Shown: piece after piece, positions 8,132 to 15,407 of the stretch | Layout of the letters: each line of letters opens with the position of its first letter | Numbering within the stretch: position 1 is the stretch's first letter | Origin: Thermoanaerobaculia bacterium | Lineage (GTDB): Bacteria > Acidobacteriota > Thermoanaerobaculia > Multivoradales > JAHZIX01 | Assembly: GCA_027069135.1 (NCBI GenBank) | Contig: JALXFE010000073.1 | Span: 16,629-80,628, forward strand | Direction: 5' to 3' | Length of the DNA: 64,000 bases | The notes under the pieces: generated by a model | Told to the model about the DNA's origin: nothing | The model's database searches: none | What the model saw: only the letters and a program-made list of their open reading frames with translations | Program-made: the position numbers and the translations under genes

Positions 8132-8222
8132 CCTGCGGGTTCCTCCCCGGTGGGTGGGTGTGCGAAGTGACAAACAACCCTAACACGGGGTCTCAATAAG
8201 GGGCGGGCCTCGCCCCGGGCGG

Positions 8223-8876
8223 CTATGGGGAGGGAGGTGACTCCTCCCCGAGGGCAGCGCCGTCGCTGAGGGTGGAGGCGAGGAGGTACTCCTTGTAGCC
8301 ATGTCGTAGCAGGAAACACCGTCGAACCTCGAAAGAGCCTCTGAGAAGGCGCAAAAGGTGGGGTTCCTTATACTCCGGACAAGGCCGGAGCACCCGCGAC
8401 GGCACGCTGTAGGAGAGGGATCCCGGATCCAGAATCTGGAAGGAGAGGGGATGGGCCGGGAGCTGGTGACGGATTGAGATCAGCGAGAAGAGAAACGTCC
8501 GCCGTCGGCAATAACCCCTCAGATGCCGGGCCAGAGTTCGGATCTCCTGCTCTGAGAAGTAGTTCAGGAGATCCCAGGTGAGGATCAGATCGAAGGAGGT
8601 GCTCGACGGGTCCGGCAGCATCCGCGAGCAAGCCCGTTCGAAGACGGCGGGATCCTCTCGGCTCCGTTCCCCGGTTTCAGAGAGGCTGCGATAGAGATCT
8701 GCGACGTGGAGCCTCGCTCCCATCTCATGGAAGAAGCTCAAGTTGCTGCCGGAAGCAGGCCCCAGGTCGAGGATCGAAGGGGCAGAACTCGGCCCGTTTT
8801 GATCGAACCAGGCCTTGAGGCCGAGGCTTCGATATCGCCCCTCCTCCGGCTCCGATAGTTTCAATCGACTCCGCAC
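8223..8876 (-). CDS. Class I SAM-dependent methyltransferase-like protein
   Basis: ILDLGPASGSN (motif I-like) and FDLILTWDLLNY (motif II/IV-like). Confidence 0.6.
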   Translation of the reverse strand: MRSRLKLSEPEEGRYRSLGLKAWFDQNGPSSAPSILDLGPASGSNLSFFHEMGARLHVADLYRSLSETGERSREDPAVFERACSRMLPDPSSTSFDLILTWDLLNYFSEQEIRTLARHLRGYCRRRTFLFSLISIRHQLPAHPLSFQILDPGSLSYSVPSRVLRPCPEYKEPHLLRLLRGSFEVRRCFLLRHGYKEYLLASTLSDGAALGEESPPSP

Positions 8877-8947
8877 AGGATCTCCTTAGTGAGGATTGCG
8901 GGGATTGGGTCAGAAATTGTCCATTGGGGTCCGGGGAGCAGAAGGCC

Positions 8948-9412
8948 TCACGGTCTCTTAGCGGAGCCCGGCGGACGGTGGCTGGCTAAGGGGTGACTGC
9001 CGTTGCTCGCTCCCATATCGATGCTGCCCTTGAAGGTGGATCCGTTTTCGAGGCTGACGCGGGGTGCGGTGATATTTCCGGAGACGGTTCCAGTCGCCTG
9101 GATGACGACCGACTCGCTGCCGAATAGATTGCCGTGGACCTTGCCTTCCACCCGGATGCTCTTGCCGTAAATATCCGCCTTGGCGTTTCCGCTACGGCCG
9201 ATCGTCACGTTGTGTTGTTTCAACGACACCTCGCCTTCGACATGTCCCTCGATGAGGAGGTCCTCCTTGCCGGAGACGTCTCCTTTGATCTGAATCGAGG
9301 GACCGATGATGGCAGGTCCTTTCGAGCTTGAGCCGGAGCGCTTAGGAGGCGAGGCCGGCCCGGCGGTTGGGGACGCGGCGGGGGGATTGGACTCTTCAGA
9401 TTTCTTCCACAC
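8948..9412 (-). CDS. Bactofilin (polymer-forming cytoskeletal protein)
   Basis: AIIGPSIQIKGDVSGKEDLLIEGHVEGEV..VTIGRSGNAKADI..VEGKVHGNL..GNITAPRVSLENGSTFKGSIDM beta-helix repeats; GTG start. Confidence 0.92.
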   Translation of the reverse strand: MWKKSEESNPPAASPTAGPASPPKRSGSSSKGPAIIGPSIQIKGDVSGKEDLLIEGHVEGEVSLKQHNVTIGRSGNAKADIYGKSIRVEGKVHGNLFGSESVVIQATGTVSGNITAPRVSLENGSTFKGSIDMGASNGSHPLASHRPPGSAKRP

Positions 9413-9558
9413 AGGGCGTGACCCTCCAGGTATGTTGCATCAAAATATCGGAATAAAGCTATGATGGCCCGAAACATAAGTCAATAGCAGAATCGCCCGC
9501 GAGGAACCTCCCTCCGGACGATGTTTCTGAGCCTGCGAAGAAGGGGGAATCGTAGGGA

Positions 9559-10503
9559 TCAGGGAGCTGCCTCGACGAGGATTGAGGTTTCGGCGAAGGT
9601 GACCAGGCGTCCCCCGTCTCGGCGCCGAACCCGCAGCGTCAACTCCCCTACGGGGAAAGCTTCGATGGGAAGGCGGGCCTGGAACCGGGAGTCCCCGAGG
9701 GGAGTCAGTGCGCTTCCGCGCCAAAGCCTTCGGCCGACGGAATCCAGGACGTCGATCTCCGCGGGGCCTTCCGGGGGGGGGCCGTCGAAGGCGAAGGTGA
9801 GCTCCACTTCTGAGGTCCGCGCTTCCAATCGGAGCACCGAGGCTCCTTCATCGAAGGTTCCGGAGCTCGCCGCAATCACCCGAAGTCCGGATTCCGAGCC
9901 TGCCGGCAGGCTGATTCCGGGGCCCTCCAATCCTGCCGTGGCCGGACCTGTGTCGCCCACGGTTCCGGCGGTGGAGCCGAGATTCCACAACCAATAGCCC
10001 GCGGCCAAGATCGCCAGGAGGCTCGCCGCAATGGCACCGAGCTGCCAGCCCTGGGCCGAGCGGGACTGTGATCGGCGAAAGGGTGATCGGCGAAAGGGTG
10101 ATCGGCGAAAGGGTGATCGGCGAAAGGGCAGGGCTGCCGGAATCTCAGCGGCAGGGGTCTCGAAGCTCACGTCCATGTCTTCGTGTTGCCGATCTCGGCT
10201 GGCCTCGACGAGCTTAAGCTCCTCGGCACATCTCGAGCAGATTCTCAAATGGTCTTCAAGCAGAGTCCGTTCCGGTCCCATGGACACCTGGTGAAAGGCG
10301 TATCGGACGAGTTGGTCAGCGGTAGCGTGAGTATTGAAAGCCGCTGCGGCGAAGGAGGTGTCCCGATGCTCCTGTCGACACCCGGGGCAAGACTCCATGT
10401 GAGCCTCGAGAGCAGCGGATTCTTCCTGGCCGAGGGTACCGTTGAGATACCATGGGAGGAGTTCAGCGGCGGAGCCGCAGTCGATGGCTAGGTTCTTCAT
10501 CAC
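9559..10503 (-). CDS. Anti-sigma factor: two zf-HC2-like zinc fingers, TM helix, extracytoplasmic domain
   Basis: LLPWYLNGTL..EAHMESCPGC and LEDHLRICSRC (HxxxCxxC twice); TM LGAIAASLLAILAAGYWLW; lies directly downstream of the ECF sigma gene. Confidence 0.85.
   Translation of the reverse strand: MMKNLAIDCGSAAELLPWYLNGTLGQEESAALEAHMESCPGCRQEHRDTSFAAAAFNTHATADQLVRYAFHQVSMGPERTLLEDHLRICSRCAEELKLVEASRDRQHEDMDVSFETPAAEIPAALPFRRSPFRRSPFRRSPFRRSQSRSAQGWQLGAIAASLLAILAAGYWLWNLGSTAGTVGDTGPATAGLEGPGISLPAGSESGLRVIAASSGTFDEGASVLRLEARTSEVELTFAFDGPPPEGPAEIDVLDSVGRRLWRGSALTPLGDSRFQARLPIEAFPVGELTLRVRRRDGGRLVTFAETSILVEAAP
10068..10127. repeat. Perfect tandem repeat, 4 x 15 bp (GTGATCGGCGAAAGG), encoding (PFRRS)4 in the anti-sigma factor
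   Basis: Units at 10068, 10083, 10098 and 10113, read directly. Confidence 0.97.
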
Positions 10504-10533
10504 GTTATAAACGGCGACTTGGGGTTCGCTTCG

Positions 10534-11103
10534 TTACACTCCTGCGCTTTCTTCGAGCAAATTATCACGCACCGCGACGGCCTTCTTGCGGCACCGGAGC
10601 ACCCGAACCCGGAGCGTGGCCTCCGATACCCCCAACTGCTGGCTCATCTCGCGGTAGCTATACCCTTCGAGCACCAGCTGCCATAACTTGTGGCAGTCTT
10701 TCGAGGTTTGGGACACGACTCGGAGCATCAGGTCTCGAAATTCGTTGCGCACACCCTGGCGCGCACCTTCCGCCAAGACACCGCGGTGGTCGAGGTCGTC
10801 AAGACCTTGCCATCGCCACCGAGACCGGCGACGGAGCCGATCGATGCAGGTGTGATTCACGACTCTCCAGAGGTAGGTCTTGAGGCTCGAGTCGCCCCGA
10901 AAGCTGCCCCGGCGGAGCAAGCGAGTGAGCTCCAGGCGAATTTCCTGGAGGATGTCCTCCCAATCCTCGGAGAGCCTTTGACGAAAACTCCAGGCCGCCT
11001 GGGAAATCCACGTATCGACTTCACGAATCGCTTCTCCATCGCCGACGAGGAAGAGCTGAACCAGGTCCGAGTCCCGGGAGGAAGTGGGGGGTATTTCCGT
11101 CAT
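10534..11103 (-). CDS. ECF RNA polymerase sigma factor
   Basis: Region 2: EDILQEI..FRGDSSLKTYLWRVVNHTCIDRLRR. Region 4: GYSYREMSQQLGVSEATLRVRVLR. Confidence 0.93.
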   Translation of the reverse strand: MTEIPPTSSRDSDLVQLFLVGDGEAIREVDTWISQAAWSFRQRLSEDWEDILQEIRLELTRLLRRGSFRGDSSLKTYLWRVVNHTCIDRLRRRSRWRWQGLDDLDHRGVLAEGARQGVRNEFRDLMLRVVSQTSKDCHKLWQLVLEGYSYREMSQQLGVSEATLRVRVLRCRKKAVAVRDNLLEESAGV

Positions 11104-11219
11104 GTCGATGCTTCAGATGCTCGCTGACCTCAAGCAGATAGTCAAGGGCGACTCAGGGTCTCTCCTACTTCATCCCAAGGCCGGAGGGGATCCCGGCGGC
11201 GTGGGGTCCCGGCACGCTC

Positions 11220-14200
11220 TCAGGCGTCGGCGGGTTCTAAGGGTCCAGCCTCCGCGGAGCGCTCCGGAGTCTCCTGGGAGGGTTGAGCTTCCCCGTCTTG
11301 CTCCGGCTCGAGATCGTGCTCCCGGGCCCAGAGATCGAGTTTGGAGAAGACATAGGGGCAGATCGGAGAGAAAGCCTCTCGCAGGAGGCCCAAGACCTGC
11401 CCTAGGACCGCGGGGGAGGGAGTCTGCGGCATCTCGCCCTCCTCGGTCCCTTCGGCGCAGCGGCGTCCGTAGGTGCGCAGATCTTCGACCGCGGAGACCA
11501 TTTCCTTGGCGGCCTGGGAGAGACGCAGCTCGCGATAGGCGAGGGTGGTCGCCCGGCCCGAGGCCATCGCTTGCTCCAAGATCCAACGGTCCGCCGCCGA
11601 AGTGGGGGAGCTGGTGCCTCGTCGGGAGAGCCGATAGAGGCCGGCTACCTGAGCCGGAAGGCGGTGGAGGGTGCGCCGTGCCTGACGCAGGGCTCCCTCC
11701 GAGAAGGTCACGACTTCCGGCCGGTGGCTTCCCAGGCATAGGAGGCTGCCCAGGCGCAGAGCATCGGCTCCGAAGCGGCGTACCAAGGTCGCCGGCTCGA
11801 CGACGTTGCCCAGTTGCTTGCGCATGGGCCGCAAGGTCGAGCGATAGTGAAAGCGTTCCTCGTCGAGGGCGTCCGGGGGCGCACCTTCAAGCTCCACGAG
11901 ATCTCGGTCGACGATGTGGAGGGCGCCGTGGACGGCGATCTTCCGGAAGGCGGGCCTCCCGAAGAGCTTGAGGGAGATCAGCTGGGAGGGAACGATCCAC
12001 CGTAGCAGGAGGTCGGGGTTGACGAAGACCTCATCCACCGGTGTCGGAGCCGGGGCTTCCGGCCAGCCCATGGCGACCATCGACCAGGCGATGAGGGAGA
12101 ACCAGGTTGAGAAGACCTCCTCCGGGCGATCCGGAATCTCATGCCCCCACCACTGTTGGCGAGAGATGCACAGAGGTTCCAGCGCCTCGAGGTGTTGCTC
12201 GACCTTGTCGCGCCACCGTGAGTCCTCGAATTGGACCGCACCGGAGCGAATGGCGGTCGTGAGACTGCTCGCGAAAGGGCGCAGGCGGAGGAAGACCTGG
12301 TCCGAGACGAGGGGTAAGACCATGGATTCGCAGCGTCGGCAACGTCGAGCATCGAGGGACCAGCCACCCTCTACCGTCGTCGCCCGCGAATCGAGGGCCT
12401 CGAGGATTTGCCGACGTGCCGTTTGGCGATCCACCGCTCGGCGCGCGGCCGAGCTCTCGAGGACCAAGAGCACCCGACCGCGATCATCGAAAACCGGGGG
12501 GAATTCCTCGAGGCCATGCTGGCGGGCGAGGCGTTCGTCGGAACCCCGATAGGAGGGCACCAGGAAGGAGGCGTCCGAGTCCAGGGCGTCGACGGCCACG
12601 ATGGGCAGGGGGTCGCCGGTCAGCGGGTGCAGGGCCGTCCCGCCGACGGCTTCCGCATGGGGGCCGTCGGAGCGGACGGTGACGGCGACGGCACCTACCA
12701 GAAGCTCCGGGAAAAAGGTGAAAGTATCGATGCCGGGTTGGCGGGCGTCCCGCCGCTCGAAGCGAAGCCGGTATCCACGCTCGATGCGGATCCGCGTCGG
12801 TTTGATCTCCGAGGCCACCAGGACCGTTCGACAGCGGGGGCAATGGTGGCCGAGGCGTTGTTCCCGGTGCAGGAGCCCGGCGTCTTTGAGGGCGTAGTAG
12901 AGGAGGCGCACCGCTCGGCTTCCGGCCCCACCCATGGGGTCGAGCCACCGCCGCGGGTCGAAGTCCACCCCGGCCTCGTGGAGTTGTTCCCGGACCGCCG
13001 CGTCGTTGTCCCGATGGAGATCCTCGCAGGCCTCGGTGAACTCCCCACGACCGGTCTCCTCCCGCTCGTAGGGCAGGGAACGCTCGACGGCCAGCTGTAG
13101 GGTGAGTCCGCCATGGTCCGAACCCAGGACCCGGCGGCAAGGGCCGCCTTCGGAAAGCTCCAGGGACCGGGCTCGGATGTCGGCCAAGAGCGCTGAGAAG
13201 AAACTGTCGAGGCTAGGCCGTGACGCCGTCGATAGGGGGCCGGCGGCGACGGAGGTCCGGGCGCCATCGAAACGGCCGGGTTGTTTCCAGCGCAGCCGAA
13301 TCTCGGCCTCGTCGAGGGCCGGAGTGAAGATCGGTGCAGGCCGCGGTGGGGCGTCGGGCCGTGGCGGCAGGTGCCATCCGCTCGAGATCAGGTGATCGAT
13401 GATCCGACGGCCCCGATGGCCCAGTTGGGGATGTAGCTCGCAGGCGGCGATATCCGCCAGCTCATCCGCCGCCGCCGTCGTGGTGGTCACCAGATTTCGG
13501 GCGTGGCGAAGAATCCGCAGCGTGTCCGGGTAGAGGCGCTGGGCCGCGATCTGAACGTCCTGCGCCAGATAGCCCTGCCACTCGTCCGCACAATTGGTGA
13601 TGCCCATGCGGTTGCAGACGTAATCCGGAACGAAGGCGATGCCCCGTTCCTTCAAGCGCTCCGCATCTCTGGGCTCGCCGAGGATGTTGTTGGCCGCTCC
13701 GCAGACCAAACGAGCCTTGAGCGTCGGGATTGTCGTGACGTTGATCTGGTCGCCGATGGCACAGGGTGCCAGGATGTCCACCTCGAGGGCGAGGATGTCT
13801 TTAGGTGGCACGACGCGGATTTGAGGTCTTTCTTCCGAGAGCTGGGCCAAGACCTCTTCGTTGACGTCACAAGTCCAGACCTGGGCCCCGGCGTCGTCGA
13901 GAAGGCGGATCAGGACTCCGCCGACGTTGCCGGCGCCCTGCACCGCGACCTTCACGCCCTGGAGCCGCTCACTTCCCGTCAGGAATCGCCACGCCGCCTG
14001 CATGGCCCAGAAGACCCCGCGGGCCGTCGCCGGGGAGGGGTTGCCGCTTCCCCCTACCAGAGCGGAGATACAGGTTTGAAAGCGGTTCTGGGAGAGCATG
14101 GCATCCATGTCGGAGGTCTTGGTGCCGATGTCTTCGGCGGTGTAGTAGACGCCGTTTAAGCTCGCCACGAAGCGGGCGTAGGCCTTGAAGACCTCCAGCC

Positions 14201-14681
14201 GCCGGGGGGCGCCGGGAGTTAGGTATTGCGGATGGTTCATCTGCGGCGTTCTGGGGAGGATGCCCTTGCCTCCGCCCCACCACAAGCCCGCCAGGGCGTT
14301 CTTGCGGGTCATGCCCCGGGAGAGTCTCAAGCCGTCCTCGAGGATCGAGGCCACGTTGTCGTAGGTCCGGTACCGCAGCCCCCCCTGCGAAAGCCCCCGC
14401 CGCGTATCGTGGACAAAAGCGAAGAAAAGGGTGGGTATGTCGGTCTCGGTGCCGATGAAGATCGCCTCGTGACGGGCAAAATCCTGGGAGAGCTCCACGA
14501 AGGCCCGGAGGGGGGCGAGAAGCTGGGGGTGGGAGAGGGTCAGATGGCCGTTTTCATAGACGATGAAGGCCCGCTCCACCCCTTCCTGACGGAAGCTCTC
14601 CAGGAGCTCCGTGAGGGGCATCCCCCGGACCTCACGGGCGAGGTCCCGACGGCGAAGATCGGCGTTGCGCTGGTTCGGCAT
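11220..14681 (-). CDS. Fusion of a Glu/Leu/Phe/Val dehydrogenase (LeuDH-like) domain with a degenerate valyl-tRNA synthetase-like domain
   Basis: N-terminal part: MTRKNA, GGGKG, TAEDIGT, GSGNPSPATARGV, QGAGNVG, APCAIG, CGAANN, PDYVCN. C-terminal part: GSDHGGLTLQLAVER, CISRQQWWGHEIP, FSTWFS, LGNVVEP..RFGADALR, ADRWIL. HIGH and KMSKS are not intact. Confidence 0.9.
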   Translation of the reverse strand: MPNQRNADLRRRDLAREVRGMPLTELLESFRQEGVERAFIVYENGHLTLSHPQLLAPLRAFVELSQDFARHEAIFIGTETDIPTLFFAFVHDTRRGLSQGGLRYRTYDNVASILEDGLRLSRGMTRKNALAGLWWGGGKGILPRTPQMNHPQYLTPGAPRRLEVFKAYARFVASLNGVYYTAEDIGTKTSDMDAMLSQNRFQTCISALVGGSGNPSPATARGVFWAMQAAWRFLTGSERLQGVKVAVQGAGNVGGVLIRLLDDAGAQVWTCDVNEEVLAQLSEERPQIRVVPPKDILALEVDILAPCAIGDQINVTTIPTLKARLVCGAANNILGEPRDAERLKERGIAFVPDYVCNRMGITNCADEWQGYLAQDVQIAAQRLYPDTLRILRHARNLVTTTTAAADELADIAACELHPQLGHRGRRIIDHLISSGWHLPPRPDAPPRPAPIFTPALDEAEIRLRWKQPGRFDGARTSVAAGPLSTASRPSLDSFFSALLADIRARSLELSEGGPCRRVLGSDHGGLTLQLAVERSLPYEREETGRGEFTEACEDLHRDNDAAVREQLHEAGVDFDPRRWLDPMGGAGSRAVRLLYYALKDAGLLHREQRLGHHCPRCRTVLVASEIKPTRIRIERGYRLRFERRDARQPGIDTFTFFPELLVGAVAVTVRSDGPHAEAVGGTALHPLTGDPLPIVAVDALDSDASFLVPSYRGSDERLARQHGLEEFPPVFDDRGRVLLVLESSAARRAVDRQTARRQILEALDSRATTVEGGWSLDARRCRRCESMVLPLVSDQVFLRLRPFASSLTTAIRSGAVQFEDSRWRDKVEQHLEALEPLCISRQQWWGHEIPDRPEEVFSTWFSLIAWSMVAMGWPEAPAPTPVDEVFVNPDLLLRWIVPSQLISLKLFGRPAFRKIAVHGALHIVDRDLVELEGAPPDALDEERFHYRSTLRPMRKQLGNVVEPATLVRRFGADALRLGSLLCLGSHRPEVVTFSEGALRQARRTLHRLPAQVAGLYRLSRRGTSSPTSAADRWILEQAMASGRATTLAYRELRLSQAAKEMVSAVEDLRTYGRRCAEGTEEGEMPQTPSPAVLGQVLGLLREAFSPICPYVFSKLDLWAREHDLEPEQDGEAQPSQETPERSAEAGPLEPADA

Positions 14682-14817
14682 GGCAGCTCCTTACCCGGCG
14701 ACGGGCTCTGCGAACGAACGAATCCCTCGGACCGGCTGCGGCGTTCCAAGGGCCCGGGGACGTTGCTCAGAAAAGATCAGAATGCTCGGCGTCCCGGTGT
14801 GGACACCAGGACTCCGA

Positions 14818-14846
14818 ATTCTATCTTCACCACTCGATCTTGCCAA
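14818..14846 (-). promoter_or_regulatory. Putative sigma-70 promoter for the LeuDH-ValRS-like gene
   Basis: TTGGCA (14846-14841), 17-bp spacer, TAGAAT (14823-14818). Confidence 0.5.
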
Positions 14847-14851
14847 GCGCG

Positions 14852-15220
14852 TCAGAGAAGGGCTTCATCGCCGGCGGCGAGAACCTCGAGGAGGGTCTCC
14901 TCGTAGAGGGCTTCCATCGCAGGAGTCGAGCCTTGATGACCGAGGAAAACGCTGCGGTTCTTGTCGATTTCATCGCCCAGGCGCTGCCGGAGGTCGCCCT
15001 GCCGTCTCCCTTCAGCGACTTTTTCAGGATCCCTCAGGAGGATCTCCGTGAGCAGATACCAGGCGTGGGTTTCCGGCCTGCGTAAATCTTGGTGGGGCTT
15101 GGGTGGGAGGGCGAGACCATGGCGGTGCAGGCGGGCGGTACGCAAGCCGGAGATGATCGTCGGTAAGAAGACCACCAGCACGACGATCGCGACGAACATC
15201 CAAGCGAGGTTTCGGCTCAT
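14852..15220 (-). CDS. Small single-pass membrane protein, hypothetical
   Basis: TM LAWMFVAIVVLVVFLPTII followed by a helical segment (LLTEILLRDPEKVAEGRRQGDLRQRLGDEIDKNR). Start taken at ATG 15220. Confidence 0.6.
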   Translation of the reverse strand: MSRNLAWMFVAIVVLVVFLPTIISGLRTARLHRHGLALPPKPHQDLRRPETHAWYLLTEILLRDPEKVAEGRRQGDLRQRLGDEIDKNRSVFLGHQGSTPAMEALYEETLLEVLAAGDEALL

Positions 15221-15407
15221 GAAGGAAATCCTATCGCAGTCACAAAATCCCGGCCACAAAGCTCCCCTATCCGCCCCGAGCAGCTCCTCCTAGGATAGGC
15301 CTTCGCCCTTGCGGGTCTGGGCGCCCAAGTATGCGGCGACGGTAGAGGTTATACTCTTAAAAAATACCTCTGAGCCAGCATTCCCAAGAAAAGGGAGGGT
15401 CTTCTTC

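Noticed and set aside
14682-14817. T-box or attenuator leader upstream of the ValRS-like fusion
   Set aside because: No T-box consensus (GGTGGTACC), terminator or leader peptide found; only one small hairpin.
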